Below are positions 1-8,059 of a stretch of DNA of 64,000 nt, piece after piece. The notes under the pieces are model-generated. The model was not told where the DNA came from and made no database searches. It saw only the letters and a program-made list of their open reading frames with translations. The position numbers and the translations under genes were made by a program. How positions within the stretch are numbered: position 1 is the first letter of the stretch; each line of letters starts with the position of its first letter. Source of the stretch: Clostridia bacterium (lineage in GTDB: Bacteria; Bacillota; Clostridia; Oscillospirales; SIG627); contig JAFWZW010000024.1 in assembly GCA_017517325.1 (NCBI GenBank), positions 20,092-84,091 of the forward strand, given 5' to 3'.

Positions 1-1
1 C

Positions 2-319
2 GTTATAATTCTGGAAGCGGAGTCAGAGGGTGCCAAGCAGATCACTTCCCTCTTTTTCAAGGATTACCTTGACGTTTCCGATCTTGCGGACGGCGCTGAT
101 TTAAAGCCCGAGGAAGAAGCGGCAGAGGATAGCAGTACCACATCTTCTCAGAAAAACGATGACCTCACCTTCGTATTAACCGATGAAAGCGGAAAGAACA
201 TCCGTTTTATTTTAGAGAAAGAGTGCCTCATTCGCCTTGATACCGGAGAAGAAAGGATCCTCTCCCAAGAGGAGCTTAATCTGCTTTACGGCGCATTGGA
301 AAAAGGATCAAAAGGATAA
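2..319 (+). CDS. 3' end of a hypothetical protein (truncated by window start)
   Basis: Open frame from position 2 (VIILEAESEGAKQITSLFFKDY...LYGALEKGSKG) to TAA at 317-319, followed directly by a terminator hairpin. Confidence 0.7.
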   Translation, partial: VIILEAESEGAKQITSLFFKDYLDVSDLADGADLKPEEEAAEDSSTTSSQKNDDLTFVLTDESGKNIRFILEKECLIRLDTGEERILSQEELNLLYGALEKGSKG

Positions 320-321
320 AG

Positions 322-360
322 AAAAGAATCCGCCCAAGCTTATCTTGGGCGGATTCTTTT
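322..360. terminator. bidirectional intrinsic terminator
   Basis: Perfect 17-bp inverted repeat AAAAGAATCCGCCCAAG-cttat-CTTGGGCGGATTCTTTT between convergent genes. Confidence 0.85.
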
Positions 361-442
361 AAGATTCATCGGCAATGCGAAGCATACACATAAAGAAAAC
401 ACCGATAACGCCACCGATGGCCAAGCCGAGAAAAAAAGACAT
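359..442 (-). CDS. 27-aa single-TM small protein (DUF3789-like), absent from the ORF track
   Basis: MSFFLGLAIGGVIGVFFMCMLRIADES*; GAAAAGGAA RBS upstream; sigmaG-like promoter upstream; stop abuts the terminator. Confidence 0.7.
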   Translation of the reverse strand: MSFFLGLAIGGVIGVFFMCMLRIADES

Positions 443-470
443 ATGCAATCGTTCCTTTTCTTTTTTTCAT

Positions 471-500
471 TAGTATGGCAAAGCAAACGTGGACTTATTC
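471..500 (-). promoter_or_regulatory. sigmaG/sigmaF-type forespore promoter
   Basis: Minus strand GAATA (500-496) - 18 nt - CATACTA (477-471), matching the B. subtilis sigmaG consensus. Confidence 0.6.
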
Positions 501-1457
501 ATTCTGATTCAGCGGATTTTCACTCATAGCTTTTTTCATATTTTCATCGCTGACGTGGGTGTAGATCTGAGTGGTGTTAAGCTGAGCGTGGCCTAAAATA
601 TCCTTCAGAACGCGAACGTCCACCTTCCCTGTTCCATACATCAAGGTTGCGGCAGTATGACGAAGCTTATGAACGGAATAGCCCTTTTCCTCAAGACCTG
701 CAAGCTTCAAGTATTTATACACGATCCATTGAACGGTTTTTACAGAAAGGCGGCGATGATTACGGCTTACGAATAGGGCTGATTCGTCTTTACAGGTGAT
801 ACCACGGCGCAAGGCAATATATTCCTTTAACGCTGAAACGCAGCCTTCATTAAGATAAATGAGCCTTTGCTTATTGCCTTTACCGGTTACGATCAACTGG
901 GAAAGATCGGTTGAAAGATCGGAAAGAGAGATGCCCGCCAATTCCGAAACACGCATACCGCAGTTAAGGAAAAGAGTCAGAATGGCATAATCTCGCTTGG
1001 CATTCTCTTCCCCATGTTCCTTGGCGGCACGAAGAAGCATTTGGCTTTCCTCCAAGGATAAAAATTTAGGGAGAGCGTGCTTCACGCCGGGGGCATCAAT
1101 ATCCTTTGCAGGGCTATTTTCAATGGCGTGCTCTTTGCTTGAAAGGAACTTAAAAAAGCCGCGGATCGCACAAAGCTTTCTGGCTCGCGCGGCATTACCG
1201 TTTCTAAGGACCGTAGCGGCATAAAGAAGGTACTCATAAATATTTTGTGAAGAAATGGAAGCGATCTCTTCATCGGTGATCAAAGAAAGATCCAGATTTC
1301 CCGCCTCATCGGCCTTCTTTCGGAAAACGTAGCGAAGGAAGCCTGCAAGGTCAATGCTGTACTCATAAACGGTCTTTTCGCTGGCACCTTGAATGGAAAG
1401 CTTATAGGAAAGAAAGCGCGCAACGGCGGCGGGTAATTCTTCCATACGAATATTCAC
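495..1457 (-). CDS. xerC: tyrosine recombinase, XerC/XerD family
   Basis: Catalytic motifs GMRVSEL, GKGNKQR, HKLRH, LGHAQLNTTQIYTH; N-terminal SAM-like domain; AGGAGG RBS before GTG. Confidence 0.85.
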   Translation of the reverse strand: MNIRMEELPAAVARFLSYKLSIQGASEKTVYEYSIDLAGFLRYVFRKKADEAGNLDLSLITDEEIASISSQNIYEYLLYAATVLRNGNAARARKLCAIRGFFKFLSSKEHAIENSPAKDIDAPGVKHALPKFLSLEESQMLLRAAKEHGEENAKRDYAILTLFLNCGMRVSELAGISLSDLSTDLSQLIVTGKGNKQRLIYLNEGCVSALKEYIALRRGITCKDESALFVSRNHRRLSVKTVQWIVYKYLKLAGLEEKGYSVHKLRHTAATLMYGTGKVDVRVLKDILGHAQLNTTQIYTHVSDENMKKAMSENPLNQNE

Positions 1458-1509
1458 GCCATCACCTCCTTTTTTATCATTATACCGAAATGGAAACGAA
1501 AAAGCAACA

Positions 1510-1548
1510 AAAAAATCAGGGCACGCTTCTTTTCAAAGCGCGCCCTGA
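1510..1548 (-). terminator. intrinsic terminator of the 513-aa surface protein gene
   Basis: Stem TCAGGGCACGCTT / AAGCGCGCCCTGA, with a minus-strand U-tract (A-run at about 1509-1515). Confidence 0.7.
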
Positions 1549-1555
1549 AAACCGT

Positions 1556-3097
1556 TTATTTTACTTTCTTTCTGAGAATGATCACAGAGAAAGCGGCTGC
1601 GGCAAGGATCATCACAGACCCTGCTGCAAGAAAGATCACGGTGCTATCACCGGTTTGAGCAGAGCCAACCGAGACACCCATAACAGAACCGGAAACCGTA
1701 AAGTTTCTGGAGAGATTCTTGGTTACAGAGGTATCGACCCACTTGGTGCCATCGAATCTCTGCTGAACGAAGGTAACAACCAAGGTGTTCAAACCAACGG
1801 GAAGCTTGGAGGTGCTGAATTCGCCGGATTTGAAATCCTCGCTGATGGCACCGTTAAGCTTGGTATCGTACCCGTTTCTGACACGGAACTTGGTAGGAAT
1901 TACACGCAGATCTCCTTCAACGGGAGCGGTGTTTTCAACACAGTCGGGAATCAGGGTGAATTTCGCCTTATCGCCAACCTTGAAAACAGAACCGAACTGA
2001 TCGATGCGGAACCCGGTAAGATTGGGTCTGAACTGGGTAGCGGGGGGAACGACGGTGTTAATATCGTTGGTGTGAAGAACGGGAGAGGGAACGTAAACGA
2101 TGGAAGCAGACTCATTCTTGGAATTGGTCCAGTAAGCTTTAACTGCTTTTGCCCAAGTTGAGGATGCGCCGGAGCCGGAATAAGGCTCAATGGTCTTGCC
2201 ACCGGCATATCCGGTGGTCAGATAAAGCTGAGTCTTGCCGTTAGCGGCACCGGTACGGGTAACTGCTACCTGGAACATAAAGGAACCATAGAACTGGTTC
2301 TTAGCAAGGAGAGCGGCAACCTGAGCATCATCCCATGCACCGTTAGCGGAGAAGATCACGTCGCCAAGGGGGATCTTATACTCAAATTCATAAGTATACA
2401 TTCCGCCGGCTTCATAAGTATGAAGGGCACAGTTGTAGGAATACTTATTCATATTCCAGGCGCCGTACACATCATAATCCAGCGTAGCACTCTTGGAAAC
2501 CTGCCCGTCAATAGTCCTGTAGGTACGGTTACCCGAGGTACAGCCGACCACGGAATAACCACTGGCAGTCTGTTCATACTCGTAGGTGTTGGAAAGACGG
2601 GAAGCGGCTTCAGGAATGGCGGTAGACTGATTCAAGCCGTAACGAACGTTGGTCTTAAGGGTGTCAAGGGTGACACCGTCAGGAGCCAAAACGCTGATCT
2701 CCGCAGGGGTTTCAACCTTCTCGGCAATGTAGACGAAGGAGTCATCGTATGCCAAATAGCTGGTAACCTTTGAACCTGCCCAATCGGCACCTGCCTCTTC
2801 GGTGTAATCAGTAGTAGCGGTGCTGTTGGTCAAGGTCAGACCATTTCCTAAGGTTGCTTCGTCAGAAGGAGCTCCGCCGTACTGACCGGGATCAATGCCG
2901 GTATCGGCAAGGCTGGGAGCAGTTGCTACCTTGAATGCCCGGAACGTATGAATACCGTATGCGCGAAGATCGTGAGCGGTAGTGCCATACTGAATATAGG
3001 CTGTGGAAAGCTGATCCGCATAACTAGCATAAGCAGGAATGCAAAATGCACTAACCACAAAGCAGATCGCAAGAAGAATAGAAAGTATTTTTTTCAT
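1556..3097 (-). CDS. secreted, cell-wall-anchored protein with a CBM9/DOMON-like domain
   Basis: Signal peptide MKKILSILLAICFVVSAFCIPAYA; YLAYDDSFVYIA and YEFEYKIPL motifs; C-terminal AQTGD + hydrophobic helix + RKKVK. Confidence 0.75.
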   Translation of the reverse strand: MKKILSILLAICFVVSAFCIPAYASYADQLSTAYIQYGTTAHDLRAYGIHTFRAFKVATAPSLADTGIDPGQYGGAPSDEATLGNGLTLTNSTATTDYTEEAGADWAGSKVTSYLAYDDSFVYIAEKVETPAEISVLAPDGVTLDTLKTNVRYGLNQSTAIPEAASRLSNTYEYEQTASGYSVVGCTSGNRTYRTIDGQVSKSATLDYDVYGAWNMNKYSYNCALHTYEAGGMYTYEFEYKIPLGDVIFSANGAWDDAQVAALLAKNQFYGSFMFQVAVTRTGAANGKTQLYLTTGYAGGKTIEPYSGSGASSTWAKAVKAYWTNSKNESASIVYVPSPVLHTNDINTVVPPATQFRPNLTGFRIDQFGSVFKVGDKAKFTLIPDCVENTAPVEGDLRVIPTKFRVRNGYDTKLNGAISEDFKSGEFSTSKLPVGLNTLVVTFVQQRFDGTKWVDTSVTKNLSRNFTVSGSVMGVSVGSAQTGDSTVIFLAAGSVMILAAAAFSVIILRKKVK

Positions 3098-3126
3098 TGC
3101 AAATATCTCCTTATAGTACTATGAGC

Positions 3127-3155
3127 ATTATAGCATTTCCGTGCTTTTGTGTCAA
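3127..3155 (-). promoter_or_regulatory. consensus sigmaA promoter with extended -10
   Basis: TTGACA (3155-3150) - 17 nt with TG - TATAAT (3132-3127). Confidence 0.75.
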
Positions 3156-3194
3156 TAGAAAAAAATGCGTAATGCACAAAATTTGAACATTTTT

Positions 3195-4571
3195 TTAAGT
3201 CTTTTTGGTTTTCTTTCCTTTTTTCTCATCAATGCGGAACAGAATTGCCGCCCCCACTATGGTCAAAAAGAGAAGTATTCCTACCCCTAAAAAAGAAAGA
3301 GCTGAAAAAAGATTCGTTTTCTCCTGCTCTTCCCCATGGAACAGCTGCTCCGTTTCATCAGGAACACTTTCCGCATCCGGGAGATCATCCCAAAAGGAAA
3401 ACTGTTGGGATGATACGGGCGGAACCTGTTCGCCCGATGGAAAGGAAGATTGTGTCGTTACCGAAACGATAGCCTTATCGGTGGGCGGTATGAGCTGCAA
3501 TTGAGAAGAAACGGAATCAAAAGGCTCGTCGTATTCATCGGCTTTACCGTTTGACGTCGGTGATTCTTCGGGCTTTTCAGCTATGGGCGAATCAGGCACA
3601 TCTCCTACAAGATAGAGGGGCGCAAGCACGTGGGTGAAAAGAGATGGGTCTGCTGATTCTTTTGCCGCGATCAGCTGATTCCATTTTTCTCCACAGGAAG
3701 AAAGGGGACTTGACGCAAAGCAAGGGAGCGATGCAGAGAGGCAAATTGCATCTCGAACGCCATCTGAAAATTCATAGTTTTCCCCAATGACAGGGCGAAG
3801 ATCAAACCCACCGCAAAGGAAAGACTCCCCCCCTGAAAGAGCACGGCGCACGTAGTCGGCCTCTTCCGAAGACAAAGTGGTCAAAACGTCATCAATGGAG
3901 ATACAAAACGAAAATGCGAACTGCGATAATTCCCCCTCTCCATCCATCCTTAAAGACGTATTTAAGCTATAAGCCGCAGAATCCCAACGCTCCCCTTTCG
4001 GTGAAACGAATGCATTCTGATTCACGGACGGGTTGAAATTTGAAACAAGCGAGCCACCCTCGGCGCCGTATCGGATTCGTGTCCCCTCAACGGCTACACA
4101 GGAAAGATCAGCGGCTGAAAAGAAATACGTGTTGGTAAGACTACTCATACGCTCGCACACGCGGTCACCCGGAACGAAGCTCATTTCCAAAGTAATCATA
4201 TAAACGCTGCCGTATTTTGGATGAAGCACAGAACAAAAAAGCCCCGTTGCCGCAGGCGAATATGAGGCTTCTACCAAAAACAGATCCTCGGAATAGGATA
4301 TAGATAGATCTTGATAAACCAATGCTTCTTGTTCGTCGAATCGGTAAGATTCAGCCTCATATGCGGCGTACGAGGAAAGGGCGCGCAATCCACTCCCAAG
4401 AGCAAGGCGCCGGATTTCGGGCGCACTGCTAACGGGTGTTGCCTTCAAGGAAGAAACGCCAAAATTCGACAGATCGTACGAAGAAAAAGTGGTAGCTCTA
4501 CAGATATAGCCAATTTCGAAGCGCGTGCAGATCAGCAAGATCGCACACAGACAAATCAAAAGACGTTTCAT
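3195..4571 (-). CDS. secreted, membrane-anchored protein; diverged paralog of its neighbours
   Basis: N-terminal hydrophobic signal, S/P/E-rich linker, C-terminal TM + lysine tail; shares DLxxxG..P and SxLxNTY blocks with 1556..3097. Confidence 0.7.
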   Translation of the reverse strand: MKRLLICLCAILLICTRFEIGYICRATTFSSYDLSNFGVSSLKATPVSSAPEIRRLALGSGLRALSSYAAYEAESYRFDEQEALVYQDLSISYSEDLFLVEASYSPAATGLFCSVLHPKYGSVYMITLEMSFVPGDRVCERMSSLTNTYFFSAADLSCVAVEGTRIRYGAEGGSLVSNFNPSVNQNAFVSPKGERWDSAAYSLNTSLRMDGEGELSQFAFSFCISIDDVLTTLSSEEADYVRRALSGGESFLCGGFDLRPVIGENYEFSDGVRDAICLSASLPCFASSPLSSCGEKWNQLIAAKESADPSLFTHVLAPLYLVGDVPDSPIAEKPEESPTSNGKADEYDEPFDSVSSQLQLIPPTDKAIVSVTTQSSFPSGEQVPPVSSQQFSFWDDLPDAESVPDETEQLFHGEEQEKTNLFSALSFLGVGILLFLTIVGAAILFRIDEKKGKKTKKT

Positions 4572-4590
4572 TGTTCTCCTTGTACTAAAA

Positions 4591-4618
4591 ATTCGGCGGC
4601 CCGATTAAGACCGCCGAA
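4591..4618 (-). terminator. probable terminator or attenuating hairpin
   Basis: TTCGGCGG-cccgattaaga-CCGCCGAA followed by a minus-strand T-tract. Confidence 0.5.
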
Positions 4619-4636
4619 CAAAATATTAAGATTTTA

Positions 4637-6064
4637 TTAGCGAGAGCGACCGCTGCGCTTTTTCATAACCACAACCGTTACTGCAGTGGCAGCACAGAGG
4701 ATCATAACGGCGGAGCAAATCACAGTCAAGGTGAGATCGTCACCGGTGGCAACCGCTGCCTTGGTGGCTACGCCAACCACGCGGTTGTTTACACCACGAA
4801 CACCGCTGGTCAAAACACCACGGGTACGGGTAACACGAGAGGTAGTCTTCAAAACGGTTTCGGTAGGAGCGGAATAGAAATCGTCATACACGAAATTGGA
4901 ATCGTAAGCACCCAAGAAGTGAACAGGGTTCATCAAGAAGGTGGGAGTAACCGTTTTCTTGCCGTGCGTTGCCTGAATGGCCGCGCCGACGGTATTGTGA
5001 AGCAAATAGCCGGCTACGGTTCCGTTCATACCGGAAGTTGCGGCACCGCCTGCGGGATAGAAGGTCTGCGCGTAAAGAACGTCTTCGGGATGAATGACCG
5101 CTTCAGAGCCGTTGGGAAGCGTGCTTACCTTGGGGTAGTAAGCCTGAAGGCGGATGGAACAAGCCCAAGCGCCCCATTCGGGAACGTAATCAATGGGAGT
5201 GCCATCTTCATATTCAACGTCGGTAATACGGAGAACGTCACCCAAAGGCTGTCTGCCTTCGAATACGACCTTCCACTTACCGTCTTCCTGAACGGTTACC
5301 TGATAAGTAAAGTTCTCAGCTCTCTTATAGATGGTAGAATTCCAGGTCTGACCCAGTTCATCCACGTACGCACCCAAGGTGGTGGTCGTAAACTTGTCAT
5401 TCTCATAGAGAGTGTAGATTCTCTTAGCAAGAGAAACGCTCTGCGCTACGCCGGGAAGAATGTTGCCGTTGTTATCCTGCTCGTTGTACTTATAGAGACT
5501 GTAGCGGGTATTGGCAAAGGAGCTGGAGTTGCCGCCGTGAGAAATGGCGATGTTGTCACTCTGCATAAAGTTGCTACGGGTCTCGAAGAACCAAAGAGCG
5601 CTGCGCGTATAAGCGGTCTTATTATCGGTGGTGGGGCGGATCGCGGGAATGACCGTGGCAACCGCAAAGTACAGATAGTTGTCATCGTAGGTCAGGAAGT
5701 TGCCGACGTAATCGGGAAACTCACGGCTGTCTACGTAATCAGACCAGTTGCACTCAGGATAGTAGCTATTCTGATCACCGCTGGAATTGGGGTAGTAAGC
5801 GTTCATCCACAAGTTATCACCGGGGGTGGCGTAGAGAGAACAGCCGTTCTCGGGACCGGGATATTCGCCCTGACCGATCTTGCCATCAATGGTGGGGGGC
5901 ACTTCGGTGGAATACACGTTCATGGTGTGCAGACCGTATGCCTCCAAATTGTGCGCAGAAACCGACTCCGGAACAGAAAGGGTATATCCCCTTGCGCCGG
6001 AGGTGACAGTGAGAAGAGATGCAAGCATCAGCACTGCCAAAAGAATCGATACTACTCTTTTCAT
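4637..6064 (-). CDS. secreted, cell-wall-anchored protein with a CBM9/DOMON-like domain
   Basis: Signal peptide; PPTIDGKIGQGEY, FLTYDDNYLYFAV and VFEGRQPL motifs; C-terminal VATGDD + TM + KKRSGRSR. Confidence 0.75.
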   Translation of the reverse strand: MKRVVSILLAVLMLASLLTVTSGARGYTLSVPESVSAHNLEAYGLHTMNVYSTEVPPTIDGKIGQGEYPGPENGCSLYATPGDNLWMNAYYPNSSGDQNSYYPECNWSDYVDSREFPDYVGNFLTYDDNYLYFAVATVIPAIRPTTDNKTAYTRSALWFFETRSNFMQSDNIAISHGGNSSSFANTRYSLYKYNEQDNNGNILPGVAQSVSLAKRIYTLYENDKFTTTTLGAYVDELGQTWNSTIYKRAENFTYQVTVQEDGKWKVVFEGRQPLGDVLRITDVEYEDGTPIDYVPEWGAWACSIRLQAYYPKVSTLPNGSEAVIHPEDVLYAQTFYPAGGAATSGMNGTVAGYLLHNTVGAAIQATHGKKTVTPTFLMNPVHFLGAYDSNFVYDDFYSAPTETVLKTTSRVTRTRGVLTSGVRGVNNRVVGVATKAAVATGDDLTLTVICSAVMILCAATAVTVVVMKKRSGRSR

Positions 6065-6123
6065 CTTTCGCTCCTTAGTAGGTTTTGATCAAATGAGCAT
6101 ACTTTTACTCAATATCTGCAATT

Positions 6124-6152
6124 ATGATACCATCATTCAAATTTTTTGTCAA
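6124..6152 (-). promoter_or_regulatory. sigmaA promoter
   Basis: TTGACA (6152-6147) - 17 nt - TATCAT (6129-6124). Confidence 0.65.
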
Positions 6153-6279
6153 TATGATTTTGAAATGATTCCGAAAAAAATAATTCATTTTAAGGATAAA
6201 TTTCACAAATTATATCTTGTTTTCTTACCCGCCGTAGAGTAAACTATACATAGAAAACCAAATCGAAAGGAATTTTCTT

Positions 6280-6846
6280 ATGCACCAGTTGAAACGAAAT
6301 TTAGGTCTCGTGCTCAAAACCTTCCTTTATCAGATCGTTATGAGTCTATTCGGCTTTATGATGTACAGCGCCATTTACAAGATCCCCTTTCTCGCCGTGA
6401 TCGGCCAAGTGATCATCACCGCTTTTTTCCTTTATATTATGTTCCACCAAATGTATCAGCAGGGCGCAAAGGCCTGCGAATACGATTGGGCACACAAACT
6501 TACCTCCTCCCCCGCTTTGGGGTTCCTTTTCGCCTTGGTGGCTTTTTTACCTGCCATCATTCTTTCCGCAGGCACGGTGATCTCAGCACCCTTTGCTCTT
6601 GACGGCACCCCCACCTCTTCTTACGCACCGTTTCTGATCAACAAAACCTTCCTTCAAGGTATGTATATCGGTATCGTGCAGTTTTTATTCCCCACCTCCG
6701 CTACCGCAGGCGCACCCGCCATTGCCGCTGCAGGCAATGCACAGTGCTTTGCTCATCTGATCTCCTGTATTCCCGGGCTTTTATCCTGCGGAATCGGTTA
6801 CGCGATCGGCTATCTTCACTTTAAACGCAACAAAAAGAAAAACTGA
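6280..6846 (+). CDS. multi-pass membrane protein of unknown function
   Basis: 4-5 hydrophobic helices, basic C-terminus, AAAGGA RBS. Confidence 0.75.
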   Translation: MHQLKRNLGLVLKTFLYQIVMSLFGFMMYSAIYKIPFLAVIGQVIITAFFLYIMFHQMYQQGAKACEYDWAHKLTSSPALGFLFALVAFLPAIILSAGTVISAPFALDGTPTSSYAPFLINKTFLQGMYIGIVQFLFPTSATAGAPAIAAAGNAQCFAHLISCIPGLLSCGIGYAIGYLHFKRNKKKN

Positions 6847-6851
6847 ATCGC

Positions 6852-6892
6852 TTCTATTCCTTCACCTCGGAACATACAATACTCCGAGGTGA
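6852..6892 (+). promoter_or_regulatory. sigmaE-like promoter inside a 10-bp hairpin that pairs the cwlD RBS
   Basis: TTCTATT (6852-6858) - 14 nt - CATACAAT (6873-6880); inverted repeat TCACCTCGGA (6862-6871) / TCCGAGGTGA (6883-6892). Confidence 0.6.
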
Positions 6893-6898
6893 TCCTAT

Positions 6899-7645
6899 AT
6901 GAAAAAGCACAAGGGCACAGCCTCTTTGGCTGTGAAAGCCGCCCTTTTCTCCTTTTTTATCATATTGCTCGTTTTGGGGCTCTCCGCCCTCTTTGGGAAT
7001 TTTCCCAATCAAGCCGACGTTCCCGCAGGGCTTGAAGCCCGCGAGGATCTGCGCCCTACGGTGATCCTTGACCCGGGTCACGGCGGTGCTGACCCCGGTG
7101 CCATATCGGTTACGGGAGACGAAGAAAAGCATATCAACCTTGCGGTGGCAAAATCCTTGGGTGCCTTTTTAGAGGCAGAGGGGATCCGCGTGATCTATAC
7201 GAGAGAGGATGATCGAATGCTCACCTCCTCCAAAACAGAGTCCCGCAAGATGGGCGATCTGATGGGAAGGGTCGAGCTGGCGGCAGAATGTCCGGACGCC
7301 GCCTTCATCAGTATTCATATGAACACCCTTCCCATTGAAAAATACAAGGGGCTTCAAGTCTTTTATTCTCAAAACCACAATGCAAACAAGGTTTTGGCGC
7401 TTCAGATCCAAAATGACGTTCGCGCCATGCTGCAAGGGGATAACAAGCGGGAAGTGAAGGATCACAAAGGCTCCATTTACGTACTGGATCGCATCTCGAA
7501 CCCTTCCGTTCTGGTAGAATGCGGCTTTCTTTCCAATCACGAAGAGGCGGCGCTTCTGGCAGACGAGGCTTACCGCAACAAATTGGCATACGTTTTATCC
7601 CGCTCTCTGATCTCCTTTTTATTGCAAAAACAAAATTTGGAATAA
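6899..7645 (+). CDS. cwlD: N-acetylmuramoyl-L-alanine amidase (Amidase_3), CwlD-like
   Basis: N-terminal TM; DPGHGGADPGA, EKHINL, ISIHMN, LVECGFLSN motifs; sigmaE-like promoter. Confidence 0.8.
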   Translation: MKKHKGTASLAVKAALFSFFIILLVLGLSALFGNFPNQADVPAGLEAREDLRPTVILDPGHGGADPGAISVTGDEEKHINLAVAKSLGAFLEAEGIRVIYTREDDRMLTSSKTESRKMGDLMGRVELAAECPDAAFISIHMNTLPIEKYKGLQVFYSQNHNANKVLALQIQNDVRAMLQGDNKREVKDHKGSIYVLDRISNPSVLVECGFLSNHEEAALLADEAYRNKLAYVLSRSLISFLLQKQNLE

Positions 7646-7764
7646 TTTAGAGAAATTTCGTTTTTACTCTTGACTTTTCCCTTTCGGTTATGTTAAGATA
7701 TAATACGATGTCGTTGAAAGATGATTTCTTCGCAAGTAAATAAAAACAGAAAAAGGTGAAAACA

Positions 7765-7962
7765 ATGAAAGAAGGACTTCATCCCTCCTACAAGGATACC
7801 GTGATCGTTTGCGCTTGCGGTGCAGAATACCCCACCAGATCCACCAAGGAGAACATCCACGTGGATATTTGCGCAAAGTGCCATCCCTTCTATACCGGCA
7901 AGCAGAAATTCGTTGATGCCGGCGGTCGTGTCGACAAGTTCAACAAGAAGTTTGGCAGATAA
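7765..7962 (+). CDS. rpmE: 50S ribosomal protein L31 (Zn-binding type)
   Basis: MKEGLHPSY...CACG...[30 protein letters not shown]. Confidence 0.97.
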   Translation: MKEGLHPSYKDTVIVCACGAEYPTRSTKENIHVDICAKCHPFYTGKQKFVDAGGRVDKFNKKFGR

Positions 7963-7995
7963 GTTGACGGGCGTATTGCCCGCATAAAACGGGTA

Positions 7996-8031
7996 GAAGC
8001 GGTTGCACTGTTCCGGTGTTACCGCTTTTTT
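7996..8031 (+). terminator. probable terminator after rpmE
   Basis: AAGCGGT...ACCGCTT stem followed by a T-run. Confidence 0.5.
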
Positions 8032-8059
8032 CTATATTCTGATAAGCGAAAAGGAAAAT

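Noticed and set aside
495-6064. Shufflon or invertible locus made of the recombinase and three paralogous surface genes
   Set aside because: All three genes are complete and co-oriented, I found no inverted recombination sites, and the recombinase looks like housekeeping Xer
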